Assembly: GCA_021647315.1 (NCBI GenBank)
Contig: JAKIUY010000025.1
Location: 1-44,413, forward strand
Direction of reading: 5' to 3'
Length of the DNA: 44,413 bases
Origin: Victivallaceae bacterium
GTDB taxonomy: Bacteria; Verrucomicrobiota; Lentisphaeria; Victivallales; Victivallaceae
Notes under the pieces: generated by a model
The model's database searches: none
The model's input: the letters and a program-made list of their open reading frames with translations, nothing else
What the model was told of the DNA's origin: nothing
Made by a program: the position numbers and the translations under genes
Shown here: positions 7,888 through 16,522 of the stretch, piece after piece
Layout of the letters: every line of letters starts with the position of its first letter
Position numbering within the stretch: the stretch's first letter is position 1

Positions 7888-9528
7888 TTATCTGTTCAAT
7901 AAATTATAGCGAACAGCTCTTTTTAGCAGACTTTTGCTGGACCAGAATTTATTGAATGCCTGATTGAATTTTTTCATATCAACTCCGCGCCAGGCAATTA
8001 TTGTCGCCTGCTTTGCATTGCTGGTTTTCAATATTGCCTGATAATATTTTAATGGAATTTCGCTATAACTGTTTTTATATTTTCCTTTCATTACCCGAGC
8101 CCCTTTCTGCAGAAAAAACATCAACCCATAAGCTAAAATATAGTTTTGTTGTTTATTGATGCCATAGAATTCATTATTGCTCATGGTAAGCAGTTTTTCA
8201 ATGTTGGCTGAGCTTGCGAGGTCTGGTACTTTTTCTGTTCGATAGGTTGTTTCAATAACGGCATTTTTACCTTTGAATTCGATGCCCTCAAAAAATGTGG
8301 CATTACCTTCATTAAACCATACTGCGGTATGCTGTTCGCCAGTAGCAAAATAGATATATTGATGAAATCCTTCATGCTGAATGACATCGACCAGCATTTT
8401 TCTCCGGGTGCGTGCTGAACCGAAATTCATCGGTGAAACTACCAGTTCTTTTTTATCGGCCATCCAGAGCCCCCCGGTCCATTCATACTGTTTGCCGATA
8501 TAGGCGATATACTCTTTCCTGGTCTCAAAGGCTTTGACCACACTGACGGCTTTTAATGGTTCTTTAATGGGATAGATCTGCATAAAAACAGTGCGAGATT
8601 TTTCAAGTCCGGCTTTCAGTTCTTTAACGGTTTTTCTATTATCAATGTTGGCCACCACGATAAAATTATCGGTTTCCAGATACCACCAATCGTCAAGGTT
8701 TTTAATATTATTGATAACCCGTTCACGGCTGGCAATATACTGTGGTGACCAATCTTTTTTCGCGGTAAGTTTTTTTCTAGAGATAATCCGTTTTTTTTCA
8801 TCTTTTTTGAGCCTTGCCGGCGGGGAAAAGCTGATAGATGAGAGACATCTTTTAATGGTTCTAAGACTTTTTTTACGTTCAAGCTGTGGTGCCAGTTTGA
8901 ACTGAATCGCCAGGTGGCGAATAGGAGCTGTTTGTGACGTTACGATATAAACTAAATTTTCGGCATTAAGGGAGTTTGATTCCGCATAGTAGGTGATCGC
9001 TGTTCGGGAAAAATTCTTTTGGGTTAATTTGATGTTTGCATTTGACCCATCCGGCAACAGATATTTGAGCCATGATCGCATTTTTTCTTTGTTCCATTTT
9101 ACTGGTTTCTGAGCATCAAGCCATTGTTCATAGACAGATTTGAAAACAAAAGTATGTCCGGGTTGTTTAAATACAGTTTTCACGGCAGTAGGTGCAGGCA
9201 GGCGCATCTCATACACACTGACCATGAACTTTGTATTGCCATAACTACCGCTTAACTGATCGCGAAGCCATAGTTCTTCCAGCAGACAAACATCAATTTT
9301 TCGGGTTTCTGTACCACGGTGCTGAACCAGAGTTTTCACTGTTAACGATTTTGCTGGATTGGGCTTGGCGTACTTCGGCATCTTCATTTTCAGTCCTATG
9401 GAAGGAATGGTAACAGTGCGCCCGGATTTCAGATAAGGTTTCCGCGCCCAGGTTTGTTGTCCTAATCCAAGCAACACGATTGCAATCGCATAACGCGAGA
9501 TATTTAATAGTCGATAATATTTATTCAT
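7888..9528 (-). CDS. Secreted protein with an HExxH zinc-metallopeptidase motif (HEGFHQ..NEGNATFFE; possibly DUF1570-like)
   Basis: The start is placed at the internal MNKYYRLLNISRYAIAIVLLGLG signal peptide (ATG rc at 9526-9528). It is preceded by the conserved family-D ribosome-binding element AAAAATCAGGAAAAGTTT. The longer ORF that reaches 9570 is less likely. Confidence 0.55.
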   Translation of the reverse strand: MNKYYRLLNISRYAIAIVLLGLGQQTWARKPYLKSGRTVTIPSIGLKMKMPKYAKPNPAKSLTVKTLVQHRGTETRKIDVCLLEELWLRDQLSGSYGNTKFMVSVYEMRLPAPTAVKTVFKQPGHTFVFKSVYEQWLDAQKPVKWNKEKMRSWLKYLLPDGSNANIKLTQKNFSRTAITYYAESNSLNAENLVYIVTSQTAPIRHLAIQFKLAPQLERKKSLRTIKRCLSSISFSPPARLKKDEKKRIISRKKLTAKKDWSPQYIASRERVINNIKNLDDWWYLETDNFIVVANIDNRKTVKELKAGLEKSRTVFMQIYPIKEPLKAVSVVKAFETRKEYIAYIGKQYEWTGGLWMADKKELVVSPMNFGSARTRRKMLVDVIQHEGFHQYIYFATGEQHTAVWFNEGNATFFEGIEFKGKNAVIETTYRTEKVPDLASSANIEKLLTMSNNEFYGINKQQNYILAYGLMFFLQKGARVMKGKYKNSYSEIPLKYYQAILKTSNAKQATIIAWRGVDMKKFNQAFNKFWSSKSLLKRAVRYNLLNR

Positions 9529-9628
9529 AACTAAACTTTTCCTGATTTTTGTGTGCGGGTAAATCTTCATCTAAGTTACAGTTCAAAACATTTCTCTGCA
9601 ATCTCATCTGTAAAAAAACAGAAAAACT
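9529..9628 (-). promoter_or_regulatory. Family-D conserved 5' region, copy D2
   Basis: Distal box TTTTTCTGTTTTTTT, core GAGATTGCAGAG, TAACTT 17 nt downstream, and proximal box CAAAAATCAGGAAAAGTTT immediately before the ATG. The proximal box is the reverse complement of the distal box. Confidence 0.45.
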
Positions 9629-9789
9629 TTAGGTGAACTGAAATGTTTTCGGCAGAAAGAGTGAATTCAACGCAATTTTTATTTTAATATTGACTTTAGG
9701 CTATTTTCGATTAGATTAATCACACATATTTTAAATGTAATTAGGGAAATTCTCATGAATCTAAAATCAATTTGGCAGGGATTTAATCA

Positions 9790-9948
9790 ATGGCGGCGAC
9801 GTGGTATGTGCCGTTTCGCGTAACAGTGCTTTTGTTAATCGGAATTTATTTTGCAAATTTTAAGCAATTGACCAAAACTGAAAAAATCGTTAATAGCGCG
9901 ATGCTGATTGCTATATTGGTTGTTTTTGGTCAAATTATCTTTGTTTGA
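9790..9948 (+). CDS. Candidate small membrane protein, 53 aa, two predicted transmembrane helices (MAATWYVPFRVTVLLLIGIYFANFKQLTKTEKIVNSAMLIAILVVFGQIIFV)
   Basis: ORF below the 60-aa track cutoff. An AGGGA sequence lies 9 nt upstream. It sits in a 457-bp intergenic region immediately before the left hairpin of the IS200-like unit. Speculative. Confidence 0.2.
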   Translation: MAATWYVPFRVTVLLLIGIYFANFKQLTKTEKIVNSAMLIAILVVFGQIIFV

Positions 9949-11020
9949 CCCCCCTTTGACCTTGTGTCAGAGGATGCAAAGATCAAAACTCGCCAAAATA
10001 TGAATCCCTGAACCTGAAAGGTGCATCATGTCTCATCGACTCTCCCATGAAGATATCGCCCAACTTTCGTTTGAAGATGCATTAGAGACATTGAAAACTG
10101 AGTTGACCCCACTTTATACTCTGGAGAATACCACCTGTGTTCATGCATTGCACTATTCATGGGCCGGTTGGCGCAGCCAAGGTGTGCCATTGCCTACTTC
10201 CATTGGTCAGGCTGTTGAACAGTGTTCGTCACTCTGGCAACAGGATGGATTTCAGTTGGGAAAACAGTCTATCAAAGCTGATATGGTTCAGTGTCTATTT
10301 GCAGTTGCTCCAGAAATCGCTCCGGTAAAATTTACGCAAAGAGTAAAGGGACGCCTTGACCATCAATTGCGTCAGCAAGGTGATGCCATAAAATTTTCAC
10401 GCAAAGTCGGCTTTAGATGCCTCGGTGAAAATATTCGCGAAACGGTCAATAATTATGTGCATAAACAGGTTTGTAAAAGTGATTATATTGATTCGCGTTA
10501 TAAACAGTTCCTGAGTCAATTTACGGTTGCTGATGATAGCAATGATTTAGCGATTCCGGTGGCAAAATCACATGGCAGATATTGGTATAATATTCATTTG
10601 GTGATTGTAGTTGCGGATCGCAATTTTCCAATCAAAGCTGAAGATAAGCTAGAGCAAATCAGAGCTTATATTCCCAGAATTGCTCAAAAAAAAGGGTGTG
10701 AGATTGCCCATTTTTCCATTTTGCCGGATCATATTCATATCGCACTGAAAGGGAATCCGGAGCTGTCGCCGTATGAGATAGGATTGAGCTTTATGAATAA
10801 TTTATCGTATGTGCTGGGATTTAACTGGACGTGGAGTAATGAGTTTTATGTCGGCACCTTCAGTGAATATGCTCTTTCGAAGTTGAGATGAACCGTGAAC
10901 TTTAATTCCATCGAGGTAAACTCGATAGGAATTGAATGTTCCTTAGCCAAACTTGTTTTTCACCTGATTTTGAACTATTAAATTAATTCCCCATCCGACC
11001 TTGTGTCGGGTGAAAAATAT
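9940..11020 (+). mobile_element. Putative IS200/IS605-like unit: a Y1 HUH-like gene flanked by same-orientation subterminal hairpins that share the loop CTTGT
   Basis: Left hairpin TTTGACC..TGACcttgtGTCAGAGG at 9957-9976. Right hairpin CAtCCGACcttgtGTCGGgTG at 10994-11011. An extra 12-bp hairpin AATTCCATCGAG-gtaaa-CTCGATAGGAATT at 10903-10932. Boundaries are approximate. Confidence 0.35.
10028..10891 (+). CDS. Tandem two-domain IS200-like (Y1 HUH transposase-fold) protein. The N-domain lacks HuH but keeps the Tyr helix; the C-domain keeps HuH (DHIHIAL) but lacks the Tyr helix
   Basis: C-terminal half: YWYNIHLVIVVADRNF, ILPDHIHIAL, WSNEFYVGTFSE, aligned by eye to IS608 TnpA. N-terminal half: HALHYSWAGW, ADMVQCLFAV (the HuH position, no His), VKFTQRVKGRLDHQLRQQ, IRETVNNYVHKQ (the catalytic Tyr-Gln helix). 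Confidence 0.55.
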   Translation: MSHRLSHEDIAQLSFEDALETLKTELTPLYTLENTTCVHALHYSWAGWRSQGVPLPTSIGQAVEQCSSLWQQDGFQLGKQSIKADMVQCLFAVAPEIAPVKFTQRVKGRLDHQLRQQGDAIKFSRKVGFRCLGENIRETVNNYVHKQVCKSDYIDSRYKQFLSQFTVADDSNDLAIPVAKSHGRYWYNIHLVIVVADRNFPIKAEDKLEQIRAYIPRIAQKKGCEIAHFSILPDHIHIALKGNPELSPYEIGLSFMNNLSYVLGFNWTWSNEFYVGTFSEYALSKLR

Positions 11021-11038
11021 TAGTCTGGTAACCCACAA

Positions 11039-12310
11039 CTAGACTGTCTGGCCGAAACGGCGTTCGGTTATTAAATAAACTTTATCGTTGGGTCTGACTT
11101 TTTCCGGAATGATAAATGACACGGTACTGCCTTTGGCAGCTTCAGTGACAACTTTGCCATCCAGGCGCAGTTCATTTACTATAGTTCTGACCGTGCCGGT
11201 GGTTGGACCGATAATCAAAATTTCATTGCCAGTTTTCAAATCACCTGCCGGTAAGGCAATTTCGGCCACTTTTATTTTGGTGAAATATTTATTTACTTTG
11301 CCGATATGATGTTTGGTTTCGGTCGCTCGGTTACAACTATAGCCGGTCCATTCACCGAGTTTTTCGCCAAGATAATAACCGCCCATCCAAAAACCGCGAT
11401 TGAAGACGGTTTCAAGCCGGGGAAGCCATTGATCGATATGTGCCTGATCAAATGTGCCGTCGAACCAGGATTCAATAGCTTCACGGTAAACTGCAGTTAC
11501 TGTTGAAACATAATCGGCTGAACGTCCCCGTCCCTCGATTTTGAAAATAGTGACGCCGGTTTCAAGCAGTCGGTCAATAATATTTATCGTACAGATATCT
11601 TTGGGTGACATCACATATTTATTGTCAATGACCAGTTCTTCGCCAGTCTCTTCATCGGTAACCCGGTAGGCACGGCGACAGGTTTGAAAACAGGCACCGC
11701 GATTGGCTGAAGAGTTGTAATTTCCCAGACTCATATAACATTTACCTGATACCGCCACGCACAGCGCCCCATGGGCAAAGAGTTCAATCTTAATTTTTTC
11801 ACCTGACGGGCCGGTGATATTTTCCTGTTCAATTGCTTGGATTATTTCATCTATCTGGGGCAGGGTGAGTTCACGGGCTAGTACTATCACCTCTACGAAA
11901 TTTGCAAAGAATTTGACTGCTTCGATATTTGAGACATTAGCCTGAACTGAAATATGAACCGGCAGGCCGATACTGGAGGCATATTGGATGACTGCAATAT
12001 CGGCGGCGATTACAGCATCAATGCCAGCCACCAAAGCAGTATCGCAAGTTGTTTTCATCAACTCAAGTTCATCTCCATAGATAATAGTATTCATGGTTAG
12101 ATAGCTTTTAACCTCAGCTTTACGGCAAATCGAGGCTATTTCTGTCAAATCATCTAGGGAAAAATTTGCCGATGAACGTGAACGCATATTCATGGTTCCG
12201 GCCCCGAAGTAGACTGAGTCTGCGCCAGCATTGATTGCGGCGGCAAGGGCTTCAAACGAACCCGCCGGAGCCATTATTTCTATATCTTTTCTTGCTATTT
12301 TGTTTTTCAT
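11039..12310 (-). CDS. Peptidase U32 family protein (PrtC / collagenase-like)
   Basis: IEIMAPAGSFEALAAAINAGADSVYFG is a typical U32 N-terminus. The start is set at the internal MKNKIARK codon, which has a GGAGAA ribosome-binding site 9 nt upstream; the ORF track extends to 12364. Confidence 0.8.
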   Translation of the reverse strand: MKNKIARKDIEIMAPAGSFEALAAAINAGADSVYFGAGTMNMRSRSSANFSLDDLTEIASICRKAEVKSYLTMNTIIYGDELELMKTTCDTALVAGIDAVIAADIAVIQYASSIGLPVHISVQANVSNIEAVKFFANFVEVIVLARELTLPQIDEIIQAIEQENITGPSGEKIKIELFAHGALCVAVSGKCYMSLGNYNSSANRGACFQTCRRAYRVTDEETGEELVIDNKYVMSPKDICTINIIDRLLETGVTIFKIEGRGRSADYVSTVTAVYREAIESWFDGTFDQAHIDQWLPRLETVFNRGFWMGGYYLGEKLGEWTGYSCNRATETKHHIGKVNKYFTKIKVAEIALPAGDLKTGNEILIIGPTTGTVRTIVNELRLDGKVVTEAAKGSTVSFIIPEKVRPNDKVYLITERRFGQTV

Positions 12311-12431
12311 AATATTTTTTCTTTTGTTCTCCCCGTTTCTCCAGTTCCTTGTCGCTCCATTCATAATTCGTAAGTGACGCTACGCTCTGGCGTTCCGCCA
12401 GCCTCTACGGCTTCGCCTCCGTCATAATTAC

Positions 12432-12866
12432 CTACTCTCTATGATATTTGCTGCCTTTGATAATTGATATCGCCCGGTAAATTTGTTCGGTCAGGAACAT
12501 TCTTGCCATTTCATGAGTGAAGGTCATTTGGGACAGTGCCATTAGAGTATCTGCCTGTTGCTTCAATTCATCTGAGATGCCATCCGGCCCGCCGATGACA
12601 AAAATCATTTTTTTGTCGATGCGTTTGATATGTTCAGCAAACCCTTGGGACGAGAACTCTTTGCCATGTTCATCCATAACAAACAGGTAGCCATTCTCAC
12701 GGATAGCGGCCTCAAGCTGCCTGGCACTCGCTACACTTTTACCGCAATCCTTTAGCTCGGTAACTTCCAGCTTGGCATGACCGCTGATCCATTTCTGGAA
12801 CTCATTTATTTTACTCAGCAATAGTTTATTTTTAACTTTGCCGATAACAATTAATTTAATTAACAC
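12432..12866 (-). CDS. rlmH: 23S rRNA (pseudouridine1915-N3)-methyltransferase RlmH (SPOUT family)
   Basis: 144 aa. MLIKLIVIGKVKNK..FVIGGPDGIS..YHRE* is collinear with E. coli RlmH, including the C-terminal YHRE. Confidence 0.85.
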   Translation of the reverse strand: MLIKLIVIGKVKNKLLLSKINEFQKWISGHAKLEVTELKDCGKSVASARQLEAAIRENGYLFVMDEHGKEFSSQGFAEHIKRIDKKMIFVIGGPDGISDELKQQADTLMALSQMTFTHEMARMFLTEQIYRAISIIKGSKYHRE

Positions 12867-13026
12867 TGTATTTTCTCATTTCATATACCCATTATGGGTA
12901 GTTTTTAGTTCACTTATTTGGCTCTTCTAACTCAATGAATGGAATTAAAGTTAATATTTCAGCCTAATCAGGTATAAAATCATCTATTTCTCTTATAATA
13001 TACTCTATGAGAAATAAATAACAATA

Positions 13027-15315
13027 CTATTGCCGAGTTGATGGATTCCTCACATAGCATATTGCCAGCAGACAGATTAGCAGTTCGCGGTTCTGGTCAG
13101 TTTTTGCGTTTGCACAAAATGTGTTTATTGCACTGAAAAGTTTATCTTGTGGACCGGCGTCCGGCGCGTCCTCTTCAAGTGCTGCCAAATTCAGGAATGT
13201 TTTTTTGTGCTTTTTTGTATCATCTTTTTTGACTTTTTTAGGTAACTCAGAACAAGGACTGTTTAACCATTTAGCCATTATGGTAAGAATTTCCGCATTG
13301 CTGTTTTCATTGTCAAGGATAGGTTGAAGTTCATGCAAATTGCTGGTATCTGTTGATGTGGAGCTTAATGCTTCAAACAGATCAAGTTCATTGCTGGTAT
13401 CTTCATCGCCCGGTTTGAGAAATTTGTAAAACTCACTACTGATGTCGCCCAGTTCGGCGATGGCAATGATTATTTCCCGGCGGACTTGACGGGGCAGTTC
13501 TGCTTGATTTGCTTTATTAATCATGGCAGTAATGGCTTCAACTGAACCGATATTGGTCAATGCGGTTGCACCGTTGATAATCAGTCTGGGATTATTAGCC
13601 TGATTGAATATTTCGATAATCTCCGCATAGCTATTGCGTTGTTTCAACTGTGTCAATGCGACCATTGCATGGCCTTTTAAGCGCAGATCCGCAGACGACA
13701 GTGCCGTTTTTAATGCCGGTGCCGCTTCGGTAATTTTTCTGACCCCGAGAATATGAGCCGCAATATTGGCGGTTGAGAATAGTCCGTCGGTAAGTTCATT
13801 TATCAGGCGCTGGCGGCCGTTATCACTGAGTGGAATATTAATCAATGACCAAATGGCATGATAACGCAATTCATATTTAGGTGAATCCATAAAATTGAGC
13901 AGTTCCTGTTCAGACAGCCCTGAACGCAGCAGCCCTAGTTTTTTTATTTTATCTTTTTCACTTTCAAGAGTAACTAATGAGCGGTTCATTTTATTGAGAA
14001 ACATCATGGTACGGATGTCGCGTGGGGCGAAAAAGAGGCCGATAACCTGTTTAACTTCCCAGTCTTTAATTTTTTTCAGCCGCATGATGACGACCAGTCC
14101 GAGTAGTGCAAAGCCAATATTGATGATAAAATAATTTTGATAGATGGTGTATACATCAGCATGAAAATATGGTATAATTTTGATCAACGCGGTACTTATG
14201 CCACCGCCTAGTGCACCAGCACATAATCCGGCAAGAACAGCGATAACTAATGAGATGCCGACACTCTGTTTAGGCGGGACGGCATTCTGAAAATAGTGTG
14301 TTAATGAAAGTGGAATTCCCATACCACCAAGCCCGATGAGAAAAAATGTGGCGGCGATATAAAGCCAGTTGAATTTTACCGGTGCCATGATCCACAGCAA
14401 ACAGACCATGATTAGAGCGCTGTAGTATAGAATAACTAACGGACGCGGACCTGAATGGGCTGAAATGATTTTGCTGACATAGGATACTGCAATAGTTCCA
14501 CCTATTTGAATGAGAATAAAAATCATGGCAGTTTCATCGGAGACCAGGTATATTTTTTTTAGGGCAAGCAGGGAAACCGGGGCAGTCATGACCGTTATAG
14601 TATAGGCAGCACAATTGGCAAATAAAAGTCGTTTAAGTCTTTCAGTCTGCCAGACATTTCTAAAGGCCTCCATAATGGGTTGACGTGAAGATATTCGAGG
14701 AGTTTGGGTCTCGATCATGCGTGATACAAACCAGGTACCGATAATACCAGCCAGTGCACCAATGACGTAGATGAATTGATAGGTGTTAATTGAGGCATAG
14801 TGACGCATTACCAGCACTATTGTACCCATTGTCAGCAATACGAACAAGCTGAAGTTTTGAAAAATTGATGCAATATATTTTCCACAGTTCTTTGGGGTGG
14901 TTATTTCATGGTAGATGGCCTGAGTTGTTACAATACCAGCTGAACGTGACAGGTAAAATATCAGAGCACCAATCAAAATCGTTGCGCTGCCTAACGAAGG
15001 AGATATTTTTGCACTGAATGGAGCTGTTGCAATAAACGCACCAGCAAGGTTACGAATTACCCAGACGCGCCATAACGTTCCCGTAGCACCACAACTACTG
15101 ACCATTTTTTTACCGACCGGCATGCCAATATTACCAAGAAACATTAGTGACCCGAGAATTGTTATTATATATGCCGGACTACCAAGAGCCAGAGCAAAGA
15201 GGTAGAGAATATTTTCACCGAGACAGCCGAATGAGATGGCGTTGAAAATATTAAACCGCGAAAAATAGCTGCGATCCTTACTCTGTTCTTTAGTTGTCAG
15301 TTTCTCTTTATGCAT
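13027..15315 (-). CDS. MFS-type transporter (about 12 transmembrane helices) fused to a C-terminal HEAT/PBS-lyase-like repeat domain
   Basis: Hydrophobic helices run through about aa 430. After that come helical repeats with recurring AL..LG....A...L motifs. The start is set at MHKEKLTTKEQ (internal Met of the 785-aa ORF). Confidence 0.6.
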   Translation of the reverse strand: MHKEKLTTKEQSKDRSYFSRFNIFNAISFGCLGENILYLFALALGSPAYIITILGSLMFLGNIGMPVGKKMVSSCGATGTLWRVWVIRNLAGAFIATAPFSAKISPSLGSATILIGALIFYLSRSAGIVTTQAIYHEITTPKNCGKYIASIFQNFSLFVLLTMGTIVLVMRHYASINTYQFIYVIGALAGIIGTWFVSRMIETQTPRISSRQPIMEAFRNVWQTERLKRLLFANCAAYTITVMTAPVSLLALKKIYLVSDETAMIFILIQIGGTIAVSYVSKIISAHSGPRPLVILYYSALIMVCLLWIMAPVKFNWLYIAATFFLIGLGGMGIPLSLTHYFQNAVPPKQSVGISLVIAVLAGLCAGALGGGISTALIKIIPYFHADVYTIYQNYFIINIGFALLGLVVIMRLKKIKDWEVKQVIGLFFAPRDIRTMMFLNKMNRSLVTLESEKDKIKKLGLLRSGLSEQELLNFMDSPKYELRYHAIWSLINIPLSDNGRQRLINELTDGLFSTANIAAHILGVRKITEAAPALKTALSSADLRLKGHAMVALTQLKQRNSYAEIIEIFNQANNPRLIINGATALTNIGSVEAITAMINKANQAELPRQVRREIIIAIAELGDISSEFYKFLKPGDEDTSNELDLFEALSSTSTDTSNLHELQPILDNENSNAEILTIMAKWLNSPCSELPKKVKKDDTKKHKKTFLNLAALEEDAPDAGPQDKLFSAINTFCANAKTDQNRELLICLLAICYVRNPSTRQ

Positions 15316-15432
15316 TGTTATTGCTTGTTTTGTTGTTATAACAGTAATTTTTCGTAAATCTAACCTCATCTGTATAATATACAAGCAGGCAAACGGAGTT
15401 TAAATCTAATAAAATATTTTTTAAAAATACCT

Positions 15433-15523
15433 AAATTTTCCTGTTTTTTCAAATATGAGATTGCAGGATGGGTTCTAAACGGTAAATTAGAATTTATAAT
15501 TCACCCAAAAACAGGAAAATTTA
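15433..15523 (+). promoter_or_regulatory. Family-D conserved 5' region, copy D1, upstream of the GspF-like gene
   Basis: AAATTTTCCTGTTTTTT (15433-15449), TGAGATTGCAGGA (15456-15468), TAAATT (15483-15488, 16-nt spacer after TTGCAG), and AAAAACAGGAAAATTT (15507-15522). The last box is the exact reverse complement of the first over 16-17 nt. Confidence 0.45.
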
Positions 15524-16522
15524 GTGGGTAACTTAAAAGCAAAAATAAATTTTTACCGTTCAATGGCAACGATGATTGATGCCGGCGTGCCGGTCGCGAA
15601 AGCATTACGCCATAACTATCAGGCTCCGTTTACCCGAGTTGGTCATGCGATGGCTGATGAGATCGAAGAGCAGGGTGGTTCATTAGCGGATGGGGCAGCA
15701 CTTTTCCCCCGGATTATTGAGCCTTATGAACGCCGTTTAATCAATGCCGGTGAATTTACGGGGCATCTTGAGACAATTTTAATATCATTAGCCGAACGCC
15801 ATGAAAAAACTTTACAGTCGAAGAAAAAAATAATTGGTCAATTGATCTATCCATTATTCCTCTACCATTTTGCCGCTATGGCTATTCCAATGATAAAAGC
15901 GTTAATCAGTGGTGGCGGAATTAAAGGAATAACAGGCAGCTTGGCAATTCCCATTCTTATTGCCTGGGCAATGCCCTATTTAATCTATTTTGGTGGTAAA
16001 GCTCTATTGCGCATTTCAGCATCAATGTCTGAAAATGGCGTCTCTATGTTCGACAGTTTTCTGCTTTATATGCCAATTGTTGGCGGATTGATCAGAAAAT
16101 TAAATTATACCAGATTTTTTGATGCATTCAGTATGGCAGCCAATGCAGGAATGAGAATGACAGATTCGGTCTCACTCGGTGCTTCGGTGTGCAAAAATAA
16201 TTTTATTAAAAACTCATTTAAGCGCAGTGCGGAATATATTGAAGAAAACAACTGTCCACTCTATGGAGCTCTGAGCCATTTTATCTTTCCACGTGATCGT
16301 GATTCGGTAATTTTAACCATGTTGGAGACGGGGGAAATGACTGGTAAAACTGCTGAAGTTGCCGCTAAGATTTCATCACAATGCGAAGAGGAAGCCGATT
16401 ACGCTATGGGAATTGTCGCCAATCTGGTCCCAAAAATAATCTACATCTGCATTGTCATCTATATCGCCTTCGCGATTCTCGGAGCCTGGGAAAAAATGGC
16501 GTCAAGGATGACCTCAATTTAG
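15524..16522 (+). CDS. Type II secretion / type IV pilus platform protein F-like (GspF/PilC family), two T2SSF domains, GTG start
   Basis: Two repeats of the T2SSF pattern (FYRSMATMIDAGVPVAKALRH...GGSLADGAALFP...GEFTGHLETIL and FFDAFSMAANAGMRMTDSVSL...LSHFIFPRDRDSVILTMLETGEMTGK), with hydrophobic helices after each. No GspE/GspD partners lie in the window. Confidence 0.6.
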   Translation: MGNLKAKINFYRSMATMIDAGVPVAKALRHNYQAPFTRVGHAMADEIEEQGGSLADGAALFPRIIEPYERRLINAGEFTGHLETILISLAERHEKTLQSKKKIIGQLIYPLFLYHFAAMAIPMIKALISGGGIKGITGSLAIPILIAWAMPYLIYFGGKALLRISASMSENGVSMFDSFLLYMPIVGGLIRKLNYTRFFDAFSMAANAGMRMTDSVSLGASVCKNNFIKNSFKRSAEYIEENNCPLYGALSHFIFPRDRDSVILTMLETGEMTGKTAEVAAKISSQCEEEADYAMGIVANLVPKIIYICIVIYIAFAILGAWEKMASRMTSI

